NCBI GenBank assembly: GCA_050247235.1
Contig: JBFWUN010000012.1
Location: 16,514 to 80,513, forward strand
From: Gammaproteobacteria bacterium
GTDB lineage: Bacteria; Pseudomonadota; Gammaproteobacteria; Ga0077536
Direction: 5' to 3'
Length of the DNA: 64,000 nucleotides
A program made the position numbers and the translations under genes. This document shows, one piece after another, positions 1-8,860 of the stretch. Each line of letters opens with the position of its first letter. Within the stretch, counting starts at the first letter, position 1. The notes under the pieces were generated by a model. The model saw only the letters and a list, made by a program, of their open reading frames with translations. It was not told the DNA's origin and made no database searches.

Positions 1-2
1 AG

Positions 3-2642
3 GTGCTGTCCGACCTCACCGAGACCCTGCTCGCACGCCAGCTCACCCAGCTCGACGGCGTGGGCGAAATCGGCATCACGGGCCAGCGGCGGCCGGCGCT
101 GCGCGTGCAGGTGTGGCCGGACCGGCTCGCCGCGGCCGGACTCACGCTCACCGACGTGCGCCGGGTGCTGCAGGGCGCGAACGTCAACCGTCCGAAAGGC
201 GCGCTGTTCGGCGCACGGCACACGTCCACGCTCGCCACCAACGACCAGCTGTTCGACCCGGGCGCGTATCGCCGGCTGGTGCTCGCGTACCGGGCGGGAT
301 CGCCGGTCCTGCTCGGCGACGTCGCGGAGATCGTGGCCGGCGCGGAGAACGAGTACGTGCAGGCATGGCCCAACGGGCGCCCGGGACTCAATCTCATCAT
401 CCGCCGGCAGCCGGGTGCGAACGTCGTCGCCACCGCGGAACGCATCAAGGCGGCGCTGCCGGCGTTACAGGCAATGCTGCCCGCCGGGATCGAGGTGGAC
501 GTGCTGAACGATCGCACGCGCACCATCCGTGCCTCGCTCGCCGAGGTGGAGCTCGCGCTCAGCGTCAGCGTGGTGCTCGTGATCGGCGTGATGGGCGCGT
601 TCCTGCGCCAGCGCGCAGCCACCGGTATCGTCACGGTGGTGCTGGCGGTGTCCGTGCTGGCGACGCTCGGCGCGATGTACCTTGCGGGTTTCAGCCTGAA
701 CAACCTGACCCTGGTCGCGCTCGTGATCGCGGTGGGCTTCGTCGTGGACGATGCGATCGTCGTGATCGAGAACATCCACCGTCACCTGGAGGCCGGCGCA
801 TCCCGCGAAGAAGCGGCACTGCGCGGCGCGCGCGAGATCGCCTTCACGGTCCTCGCGATCAGCGTATCGCTGGTCGCGGCGTTCATCCCGCTGCTGTTCA
901 TGGGCGACGTGGTGGGCCGGCTGTTCCGCGAATTCGCGCTGACCGTGACGATCGCGGTGCTGGTCTCCGCGCTGGCCGCACTGACCCTCGCGCCCGCGCT
1001 CGCCGGCCGTTTCATGCGGCCGCTGGTGCACGACCCTCATGCCGGCCGGACGTGGCCGGTACGCCTCGCCGATGCGTACGGACGATCGGTCGCGGCGGCG
1101 CTCGATCACCCGCGCGCACTGCTCGCGGCGTTCCTGGTCAGCGTCGCGCTCGCGGTGGCGGGTTACGCGGCAATCCCGAAAGGATTCTTCCCGCTGCAGG
1201 ACACGGCGTTCCTGTTCGGCACCACGCAGGCGGCGGAGGATATCGGCTACCCGGAGATGGTCGCCAAGCACCAGGCGCTCGCGCGCCTCATCGCCGCCGA
1301 CCCGGCCGTGCAGTCGTTCTCGCATTCGGTCGGCGCGACCGGCGGCAGCCAGGGCATGTCGATGGGCCGCTTCTGGCTGGTGCTGAAGGATCGCGATCAG
1401 CGCGACGTGTCGGTATTCGAGCTGATCGAACGCTTGCGGCCGCGGCTCGCCGACGTGCCCGGGATCGCGCTGTACTTCCGCGCCGCGCAGGACATCAACC
1501 TCGGCATCTCGGCGGGGCCGTCGCGCACGCAGTACCAGTACGCGCTGCGCAGCGCCGACAGCGAGGCACTCGCGCGGTGGGCCCGGCGCCTGACCGAACG
1601 CCTGCAGGCGCTGCCCGAGCTGCGTGACGTGTCGAACGATCTGCAGAGGGGGGCGCGCGTGACCGGGCTCGAGATCGATCGTGCCGCGGCGGCGCGGTTC
1701 GGCATCAGCGTCGCCGACATCGATGACGCCCTGTACGACGCCTTCGGTCAGCGGCAGGTCGCGGAGTACCAGACGGAAACCAACCAGTACAAGGTGATTC
1801 TCGAGATCGTACCGACCTTGCGCGGCCGCGCGGACAGTCTCGCGTATTTTCACTTGCGCGCCGGCGCCACCGGCGCACTGGTGCCGCTGTCGGCGCTCGT
1901 GATACCGCAGCCTCCGCGTGCGGGGCCAACGACGATCAGCCACAACGGGATGTTTCCGGCCGTCACGATTTCGCTGAACCTCGCGCCGGATGTCGCGCTC
2001 GGGGACGCGGTACGGCTCATCCATGCCACGGAAGCCGCGCTCGGCATGCCGGCGCAGGTCACGGGCCGGTTTCTCGGCACGGCGCAGGCGTTCCAGAATG
2101 CGCTCGCCACCCAGCCGCTGCTGATCCTCGCGGCAGTGCTCGCCGTCTACATCATCCTGGGCGTGCTCTACGAGAACGCGTGGCACCCGCTGACGATCCT
2201 CTCCACGCTGCCCTCCGCCGGCATCGGCGCGCTGGCCTTCCTGTGGCTGGCGGGTTTCGATTTTTCGATCATGGCCCTGATCGGTGTGGTGCTGCTGATC
2301 GGCATCGTGAAGAAGAACGGCATCCTGCTGGTGGATTTCGCGCTGGCCGCGCAGCGCACGCAGGGACTCGGGGCACGCGCGGCAATCGAGCAGGCCTGCC
2401 GCGTGCGCTTCCGGCCCATCATGATGACGACGATCGCCGCGATGCTCGGCGCCGTGCCGCTGATGATCGGCGGCGGCACCGGCGCCGAACTGCGCCAGCC
2501 GCTCGGCTACGCGGTGTTCGGGGGACTGCTCGTCAGCCAGGTGCTGACCCTCTACACCACCCCCGTGGTTTACCTGTGGCTCGCGCGCTGGACGGGCACC
2601 TTGCGCGCCAGCGCTGCGGACGAGGCTCCCCAGGGAAGGTGA
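3..2642 (+). CDS. RND efflux permease (AcrB/AcrD/AcrF family, MdtB/MdtC-like), 5' truncated by window edge
   Basis: Motifs SLNNLTLVALVIAVGFVVDDAIVVIENI, GIVKKNGILLVDFA, RFRPIMMTT, ELRQPLGYAVFGGL; two TM bundles with periplasmic domains. Confidence 0.93.
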   Translation: MLSDLTETLLARQLTQLDGVGEIGITGQRRPALRVQVWPDRLAAAGLTLTDVRRVLQGANVNRPKGALFGARHTSTLATNDQLFDPGAYRRLVLAYRAGSPVLLGDVAEIVAGAENEYVQAWPNGRPGLNLIIRRQPGANVVATAERIKAALPALQAMLPAGIEVDVLNDRTRTIRASLAEVELALSVSVVLVIGVMGAFLRQRAATGIVTVVLAVSVLATLGAMYLAGFSLNNLTLVALVIAVGFVVDDAIVVIENIHRHLEAGASREEAALRGAREIAFTVLAISVSLVAAFIPLLFMGDVVGRLFREFALTVTIAVLVSALAALTLAPALAGRFMRPLVHDPHAGRTWPVRLADAYGRSVAAALDHPRALLAAFLVSVALAVAGYAAIPKGFFPLQDTAFLFGTTQAAEDIGYPEMVAKHQALARLIAADPAVQSFSHSVGATGGSQGMSMGRFWLVLKDRDQRDVSVFELIERLRPRLADVPGIALYFRAAQDINLGISAGPSRTQYQYALRSADSEALARWARRLTERLQALPELRDVSNDLQRGARVTGLEIDRAAAARFGISVADIDDALYDAFGQRQVAEYQTETNQYKVILEIVPTLRGRADSLAYFHLRAGATGALVPLSALVIPQPPRAGPTTISHNGMFPAVTISLNLAPDVALGDAVRLIHATEAALGMPAQVTGRFLGTAQAFQNALATQPLLILAAVLAVYIILGVLYENAWHPLTILSTLPSAGIGALAFLWLAGFDFSIMALIGVVLLIGIVKKNGILLVDFALAAQRTQGLGARAAIEQACRVRFRPIMMTTIAAMLGAVPLMIGGGTGAELRQPLGYAVFGGLLVSQVLTLYTTPVVYLWLARWTGTLRASAADEAPQGR

Positions 2643-2844
2643 ATCGGGTTGCCAGAGATGCGTCGGGGTTTCATGCGACGGGGCCCTGCTGCAGTCGCGA
2701 AGCGTAGCCCCGAAGTACTGGGAGCGTGCCGCGGAAGCGGGCATGATCGTGACCGGAACCGGATCAGATCAAGTGGCGCGAAAGGCGTTGCCGCAACGTG
2801 CCCGATGCGCCGCTCGCAACCAGCGGCAGGAGTTGTTCAGGCGC

Positions 2845-3453
2845 ATGGCAGCCATGCTAGAGGTACCACGTCCGCGCACGCGGGCATCGCCGCTGTTCAT
2901 TGTGGCGATGGGGGTTTCGGCCGTCGTCGTGGTCGTGGCCGCCCGGATCTTCCCGGCTCTCGCGGACGAGAACCACACGCTGGAAAACCTGCAGGTGGCG
3001 TTGCTGCTCTGCGCTGCGGCCGGGCAGGTCTGGCGGGCTGAGCGCATCCGCGGGGAACAGGAGTACCAGCGGACGCTCGCGGTGCTGCTCGCGTTCCTGT
3101 GTCTGGCGTGTGCGCTGCGTGAGCTCGACATCGACCGGCTCGGCGCGCGCGCGTTCTTCGAACCGTTCGAGACGACCTTGCGGGCGCTGACACTGGGCAG
3201 TATCGCCACCTACGTGTACACACGGTTCCGTGCCGTGCTGCTGCTGCTGCGCGAACCCCGCGCGACTCTGCAGGACCCGGTCGGGCGACTGACCATCGCG
3301 GGTGTCGTGCTCTATTGCCTGTCCTGGCCGCTCGACAAGAAGCTCGCGCCGCTTGGCGAGCGCGCGTCACTGTTGCTGGAGGAATGGCTCGAACTCTGGG
3401 CGTGCGCTTCGTTTTTCCTCGCGGCGTGCGTGCGACCGCGCACCGGGGGGTGA
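2845..3453 (+). CDS. Hypothetical polytopic membrane protein
   Basis: About 200 aa ORF with several hydrophobic segments and GC3-biased codons. Start chosen at ATG 2845 (AGGAG upstream); the ORF track starts at 2743. Confidence 0.65.
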   Translation: MAAMLEVPRPRTRASPLFIVAMGVSAVVVVVAARIFPALADENHTLENLQVALLLCAAAGQVWRAERIRGEQEYQRTLAVLLAFLCLACALRELDIDRLGARAFFEPFETTLRALTLGSIATYVYTRFRAVLLLLREPRATLQDPVGRLTIAGVVLYCLSWPLDKKLAPLGERASLLLEEWLELWACASFFLAACVRPRTGG

Positions 3454-3460
3454 GCGCGCG

Positions 3461-3820
3461 CTACTTCTGCATCCAGCGTCCGTCGGCGCCCTGGAACCAC
3501 GTGCCGGCCGGGACCTTCTGCAGGATCTCGGCCGCGTAGACCTTGCCGACCTCGCCGACCGGCGCGCCGGTGGACACGGCCTGCTGTTCGTAGACCTGGC
3601 GACGCTGGGCGTTGGTCTGATCCACGAGCTGCCTGACGTCCGCCGGCGCGTTCGCGTCGCGCACCACCGCGAACCCGTCGTAGCGCTCGCCGATCAGCCC
3701 CGCCGCGCGCGGGGCGTCCAGCGGGCGCTCCTGTGCGTGCGACGGCGCGCTCTGGAGCACGAGACTCCACGCGAGCGCGACACACCCGAGGGCGGTCTTC
3801 CAGCGGTGAGTCGTCTTCAT
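3461..3820 (-). CDS. ydbL: YdbL family (DUF1318) periplasmic protein
   Basis: Signal peptide, then GLIGERYDGF...VDQTNAQRRQVYEQQA...GTWFQGADGRWMQK. Directly downstream of the ynbE-like gene. Confidence 0.85.
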   Translation of the reverse strand: MKTTHRWKTALGCVALAWSLVLQSAPSHAQERPLDAPRAAGLIGERYDGFAVVRDANAPADVRQLVDQTNAQRRQVYEQQAVSTGAPVGEVGKVYAAEILQKVPAGTWFQGADGRWMQK

Positions 3821-3845
3821 CACGGGCACCTCGTGCGCGGGGAAT

Positions 3846-4073
3846 TCAGAAGATGGGCTTGCTGGCGACGTCCTGCTTCGCCTGCTGTTCGAGCTTGACG
3901 CGCACGTCCGCATCGAGCTTGATGTTGAGATTGATGGTAATCGGCTCGCGTGGCGGTTCCACCTTGACCGTGGGAGAGCACGCGGAGATCACCATCACGC
4001 AGGCGATGAGCGCACCTGCGGACAGGTTACCCGGTATCCACGTGAACGCGCGGTCGGGATGTCGCCGAGTCAT
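3846..4073 (-). CDS. ynbE: YnbE family lipoprotein
   Basis: Lipobox ISA-C followed by SPTVKVEPPREPITINLNIKLDADVRVK; context with ydbH and ydbL. Confidence 0.87.
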   Translation of the reverse strand: MTRRHPDRAFTWIPGNLSAGALIACVMVISACSPTVKVEPPREPITINLNIKLDADVRVKLEQQAKQDVASKPIF

Positions 4074-4085
4074 GCGTTCACCATA
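4074..4085 (-). promoter_or_regulatory. -10 box (TATGGT) 6 nt before ynbE ATG; putative leaderless start
   Basis: Minus strand reads TATGGT-GAACGC-ATG; no Shine-Dalgarno. Confidence 0.5.
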
Positions 4086-4175
4086 CGCCTGTCGGACCGT
4101 GGCGCCAACTCGGCGCCGGCCGTGACTCGCGCGGCGCGTATCGCTGCGATCACATGAAGTGCCCGATGCCACTGA

Positions 4176-4204
4176 TTGTCGGGTGTCGCGGGGGCTCTTA
4201 CACT
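4176..4204 (+). promoter_or_regulatory. Sigma70-type promoter of the monooxygenase gene
   Basis: TTGTCG (4176-4181), 17 nt spacer, TACACT (4199-4204); AGGAG RBS before ATG 4241. Confidence 0.6.
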
Positions 4205-4240
4205 CGGGCGCCCGACCGGTTGGATTCCGAAGGAGCCCGC

Positions 4241-5902
4241 ATGTCCGCCACTGCCGCACACACGAGAGCCAATCCGTCCCCCGTCCCGGAGTACGACGTC
4301 ATCGTGATCGGCGCCGGATTCGGTGGTCTGTACGCGCTGCACACCCTGCGTGAGCAGGGACTGCGCGTACGGGTGTTCGACGAAGCCACGGGCGTCGGCG
4401 GCACCTGGTACTGGAATCGTTATCCGGGCGCGCGCGTCGACTATCCCGGCGGCCCGTTCTACTGCTACACGTTCTCGGAAGACCTCGTCCGCGCGTTCGA
4501 CTGGCCGGAGAAGCAGCCGGACCAGCCCACGGTGCTGCGTTACCTGAACTTCGTTGCCGACCGGCTGGATCTCCGGCGCGACATCGAACTGGGCACCCGG
4601 GTCACTGGCGCGGTGTTCGACGAGGCGACGCAGCGGTGGGAGATCGGGACCGCCAAGGGCACCCGGACGCGCGCGCAGTTCCTGGTCTGCGCGGTGGGCG
4701 CGCTGTCGGCGGCGCACGTCCCCGACATCCCCGGTCTCGCAGGCTTCAGAGGTGAGACGTATCACACGGGTCGCTGGCCGCAGGATCGCCCCGTGGTGTT
4801 CACCGGCAAGCGGGTCGGCATCATCGGCACCGGCTCGTCCGGCATCCAGTCCACCCCGGTGATCGCACGCGAGGCGCGGCACCTCACCGTGTTCCAGCGC
4901 ACGCCGCAGTACTCGGTGCCGGCCGGCAACACGCCCACCGACCAGGCGCTGGTGGCAGAAGCGCGCCGCAACTGGGCGGGTGTCCGCAACATCATGCTGA
5001 CCACGCCGATCGGCGCACCGGATGTGCCGACCACGATCCGGGCCTGCGAACACACGCCCGAGCAGCGTCGCGCCACCTACGAGGAGGCGTGGCGCAAGGG
5101 CGGTCTCGGACCGATCCTCGTCTCCACGTACTGTGACATCCTGACCGATCGTCAATCCAACGAGTGGCTCGCGGAATTCGTGCGCGAGAAGATCCGCGCG
5201 ACAGTCAAGGACCCGGACACCGCGCGCAAGCTGCTGCCGAGCTACCTCATCGCCACCAAGCGCCAGGTCATGGACGAGGGGTACTACGAGGCGTTCAACC
5301 GCGACAACGTGACGCTCGTTGACCTGCGCGAGGATCCGATCGAGGAGATCACCGCGGACGGCCTGCGCACGCGGCACGGTCACCACCCGCTCGACATGCT
5401 GGTGTTCGCCACGGGCTTCGATGCGATCACCGGCGCTTTGCAGAAGATCAATCCGCGCGGCCGCGGCGGTGTGTCGCTCACCGACTGCTGGAAGGATCGG
5501 TTCAGCTCGTGGCTCGGCCTGACGATTCCGCACATGCCGAATCTGTTCATGATCCACGGGCCGGAATCCCCCTGCGTGCTGTTCAACATGCCGCTCGGCG
5601 CGGAATTGCAGGGCGACTGGATCCGGGAGTGCATCCTGCACCTTCGCGCACACGGCATCGGCGTCATCGAACCGGCGCCCGGCGTCGAGTTCGCGTGGTC
5701 GCGCGAGGTGGAGACCATCGCCAACCAGTCGCTCTATCCGCAGACCGAGTCCTGGTACACGGGCAGCAACATTCCCGGCAAGCATCGGCAGTTCGCGGTG
5801 CACATGGGCGGACCGGCGTATTTCGCACGGATCCGCGCCGCGGCGGCCGCGGGGTACGAGGGTTTCGTGCTGGAGCCGGCGCGGACATCCGCGGCCGTGT
5901 GA
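4241..5902 (+). CDS. Type I Baeyer-Villiger monooxygenase (cyclohexanone monooxygenase family, FAD/NADPH)
   Basis: Rossmann motifs GAGFGG and GTGSSG, BVMO fingerprint FRGETYHTGRWP, and GGTWYWNRYPGARVD. Confidence 0.92.
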   Translation: MSATAAHTRANPSPVPEYDVIVIGAGFGGLYALHTLREQGLRVRVFDEATGVGGTWYWNRYPGARVDYPGGPFYCYTFSEDLVRAFDWPEKQPDQPTVLRYLNFVADRLDLRRDIELGTRVTGAVFDEATQRWEIGTAKGTRTRAQFLVCAVGALSAAHVPDIPGLAGFRGETYHTGRWPQDRPVVFTGKRVGIIGTGSSGIQSTPVIAREARHLTVFQRTPQYSVPAGNTPTDQALVAEARRNWAGVRNIMLTTPIGAPDVPTTIRACEHTPEQRRATYEEAWRKGGLGPILVSTYCDILTDRQSNEWLAEFVREKIRATVKDPDTARKLLPSYLIATKRQVMDEGYYEAFNRDNVTLVDLREDPIEEITADGLRTRHGHHPLDMLVFATGFDAITGALQKINPRGRGGVSLTDCWKDRFSSWLGLTIPHMPNLFMIHGPESPCVLFNMPLGAELQGDWIRECILHLRAHGIGVIEPAPGVEFAWSREVETIANQSLYPQTESWYTGSNIPGKHRQFAVHMGGPAYFARIRAAAAAGYEGFVLEPARTSAAV

Positions 5903-5909
5903 GCACAGC

Positions 5910-8672
5910 TCAGCGCGTGGCACCGGCGCGCACACCCCAGCCGAGCGCTTCCTGCGTGGCGCCCGCGAGTTCGCGCAGGACCTGCGCGAGCACGTCGAAG
6001 TCGGTTTCCAGGTTGATGTTGAACACGAACGGCTGACTGTCGAGCACGGCCGGGTTGTGGCCTTCGAGCCGCACTTTCGCCCGTCCCGTGCCCGCGAACG
6101 GCTTGTCGGCATCGATGACGAGCCGGGTGTAGTGAAAATCCGCGAGCGCGCGCGCGGCGAGATCGACGTCCTCGCCGTAAGCGGCCAGTTTCTCGGTGAG
6201 CGCGGCCGCGCCGATCCGCACGACGCCGGGCGCGGCGGCTTCGAGGTGCGCGCCGGCCACCGCGATCCGGCCGTCCGCGATCCGCAGCGGCAGACGGCCG
6301 TCCAGCCGCCCCGTACCCTGGAACTCCGCGAGATCGAGCACCTTGGAAGCGGCCTCCAGGTCCAGCCGGTGGATCATGATCTCCGCCTCGCCGGCGCGGG
6401 CATCAAGATCGAACTTCGCGCCGCGGGCGCGCAGCTCGCCGCCGAGGATCCGTGCGATCACGTCGTCGAACTGCACACGCGCCGGCGCCACCTCGAACCG
6501 CGCTTCCAGCGGCACCGCGCCGAGACCCGGAACGTCGAGTACCGCCCGCAGCGCCTGTCCCGGCGGCGCGCGTAACGGCTGGAGGTTCGAGAACCGCAGT
6601 GCGCCGTCGAGCCCGCGGATACGCAAGTCTGCCGTCGCGAGCGCGATTTCGCGCAACGTCAGGGCGAGCGTCGGCGGCGGCGCCCGTGAACCCCAGGCGA
6701 ACGTCCCGTCGGCCGTCAGCGACCCGGCAGAGGCGTCGATGCGGGCGGCGAGCGCCGGGGACAGCGAAGCCACGCTCGCGCCGTTGCCGAACGCGACGGG
6801 GGCGAGCTGCCATGTCGCCTCGCCGCGATCCGAGTCGAGCTGGTGCCGACCGCGCGCCGTGACGTGCAGGCGGCCGCTCGCATCCCGCAGGTCGGCAGCG
6901 AACGCCACGCGCACGCCCGTGAGCCGCGCGTCGAGCGTTGCTGCGAGGGGGACGAACAGCGCAGGAGATGCCGTGCTTCGCACGCGCGGGATCCGGAGCG
7001 CCAGCGTGGACTGACCCGCCACGTACCGCCACGTGCCGCGCGCACCCTCCAGCGCGAGGGCGTGTCCCGGCAGCGCCAGCGCGCCGCCGCGCAGCGCCAA
7101 CGAGGTCCCGCGCGTGTCCAGTTGCAGACCGAGGTGTTCCGCCGCGATCGATACGTCGGAGGCGGTCTCGCCGCGCGCGAGGCGCACACGGGTATGCCAC
7201 GGCGCGAAAGTCGCGCGCGCGGCGAGCGCACCGGCGCCGTGTGTCCAGGTCACCGCCGTGTCCGGCCGCAACGACAGCTGCAACGGCTCCGCCAGGCGCA
7301 TCCCGTCCCAGCGGGCGTCCGTCAGCGTCACGTGGCCGGACGTGGCGCCGAAGTGCAGCGCATCGTCGTCGCCACGAAGGGCGCCGTCGACGGCGACCTG
7401 CAGTCCGGAAACACGGCGTGCCGCCGACTGCGTGAGCGCCAGGTCCGCGCGCACCGTGACGTTCGCGCCGCCATTACGCGCGTCGATGATCGACTCGAAC
7501 GGCGCCTCGAACACGGCGCGCCCCTGCACGGTGCCGCGCGCCACACCGTGCGGCGTATCGATCCCGATGGCCGCGACGAGTTCGACCTCCGGGGCAGCGG
7601 GCGCCGCGAATGCAAGCAACGGACGGTCGCCGTGCGCATCGAGCCTGGCGTGCAAGCGACGCGCCGCAGTCGACCCGGATGTGTCCGTGGTCACGTCGTC
7701 GAGCACGAGCGGCGCCAGCGCGTGCACCGTGGCAACACCCTCCGCGAGCCGAAGCGCGCACTCCGCGTGAACGTGCCCGACGAAGACGCGGTCCGGCACC
7801 CTGAGTTCGTGCACATCGATGCGCACATTCGCATCCGCGCGACCCTTGCGCAGCCACGTGGAAACATCGAGTCCCGCCAGTTCCGCCAAGGTCGGCCGCG
7901 GCGGGGCCGCGCCGTGTGCCGCGAACGCGATCTCGCCGCGCGAGGGTCTGAACGCGCCGGTCACCGCGCCCAGCAGCGCCGCGTCGGCCGTCCCGGTCAA
8001 TGCGAACGGCAGTCCGTGCGTCACGCGGCCGGTCTCCACCGTGACGTCGGCACGCAGCGCGGCGGAATCGAGCGTGATGCGCAATCGGTGATCCGCGTGC
8101 CATGACGCGGTCAGCTCTCCGGCGCCGAGCGGCTGTCCATCCCGCGCGAGTTCGAGGATGTCGAGTTTCGCGGTGAACTCTTCGGCCCGAGTGCCGGGCG
8201 TGAGTGTGCCGTGTGCATGCGCGGCGACGGTCCCGGTGGCGGACTTCCAGGTGACGCGGGCGTCGCGCACGGCGATCTCCGGCATCCTCCGCAGTGGGAC
8301 ACCCCCGGTTCGGGTGCCGGTCCCCAGCGGCGGCCACCGCGCGGCGTCGATCGCGATCCGCACGCCCTCGAGCGTGACCGCCCGCAAGTCGGGCCAGCCG
8401 TCGTGCGCAAGCGCGTAGCGCAGATCAATCCGCGCAATCGCGCCGAGGCCGGAACGAATCACGGCGAACTCCGCGTGCGTCGGTCCCAGCACGGAAAACC
8501 TGACATCCGCAGGCCCGAGGCCGGTGCGTGCCAGAACGTGCGCCACCGCCAGGTCCGCGAGCGGCATCCGCGCGAACCACAGCGTGCCACCGATCACGAC
8601 GAGCGCCGACACGACCAGGATCACGTACCGCAGGATCCGGCGTCTGCGCGACGGGGGAGGAGGGGACTGCAT
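5910..8672 (-). CDS. ydbH: YdbH family AsmA-like intermembrane bridge protein
   Basis: N-terminal TM anchor, long beta-rich body, C-terminal GTGRLDGRLPL...ALADFHYTRL...GHNPAV...FVFNINLE; near ynbE/ydbL. Confidence 0.85.
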   Translation of the reverse strand: MQSPPPPSRRRRILRYVILVVSALVVIGGTLWFARMPLADLAVAHVLARTGLGPADVRFSVLGPTHAEFAVIRSGLGAIARIDLRYALAHDGWPDLRAVTLEGVRIAIDAARWPPLGTGTRTGGVPLRRMPEIAVRDARVTWKSATGTVAAHAHGTLTPGTRAEEFTAKLDILELARDGQPLGAGELTASWHADHRLRITLDSAALRADVTVETGRVTHGLPFALTGTADAALLGAVTGAFRPSRGEIAFAAHGAAPPRPTLAELAGLDVSTWLRKGRADANVRIDVHELRVPDRVFVGHVHAECALRLAEGVATVHALAPLVLDDVTTDTSGSTAARRLHARLDAHGDRPLLAFAAPAAPEVELVAAIGIDTPHGVARGTVQGRAVFEAPFESIIDARNGGANVTVRADLALTQSAARRVSGLQVAVDGALRGDDDALHFGATSGHVTLTDARWDGMRLAEPLQLSLRPDTAVTWTHGAGALAARATFAPWHTRVRLARGETASDVSIAAEHLGLQLDTRGTSLALRGGALALPGHALALEGARGTWRYVAGQSTLALRIPRVRSTASPALFVPLAATLDARLTGVRVAFAADLRDASGRLHVTARGRHQLDSDRGEATWQLAPVAFGNGASVASLSPALAARIDASAGSLTADGTFAWGSRAPPPTLALTLREIALATADLRIRGLDGALRFSNLQPLRAPPGQALRAVLDVPGLGAVPLEARFEVAPARVQFDDVIARILGGELRARGAKFDLDARAGEAEIMIHRLDLEAASKVLDLAEFQGTGRLDGRLPLRIADGRIAVAGAHLEAAAPGVVRIGAAALTEKLAAYGEDVDLAARALADFHYTRLVIDADKPFAGTGRAKVRLEGHNPAVLDSQPFVFNINLETDFDVLAQVLRELAGATQEALGWGVRAGATR

Positions 8673-8783
8673 ATCGGCAGGATACCCGCGGGGTCCGTGC
8701 CGGTGAATTGATGCGCGCGTCCGCGGTCCAACCCCCGGGACAGGCGACGCCTGACGCCGATCCGCGCGGTGCGCGCCTTACCA

Positions 8784-8811
8784 TTGAAAAGGCCCTTCAC
8801 AGCATCCATCT
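8784..8811 (+). promoter_or_regulatory. Putative sigma32 (RpoH) heat-shock promoter of lon
   Basis: TTGAAA, 14 nt, ATCCATCT, resembling TTGAAA-N13/14-CCCCATNT; lon genes are typical RpoH targets. Confidence 0.45.
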
Positions 8812-8860
8812 GCAGTGAAAGGGATCTGGGCGATCCCGCTACCCGAGTGGTGTACAAGCC

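Noticed and set aside
465-2744. Long antisense/alternate-frame ORFs (e.g. 465-2744, 8870-11167, 15946-19614, 29559-32447, 62128-63966)
   Set aside because: They are shadows of well-supported genes on the other strand. High GC suppresses stops, and the translations are Arg/Ala/Gly-rich with no recognisable motifs.
2643-2844. Possible structured RNA between the RND gene and the membrane protein gene
   Set aside because: Only 4-5 bp GC stems, expected by chance; no terminator or nested architecture.
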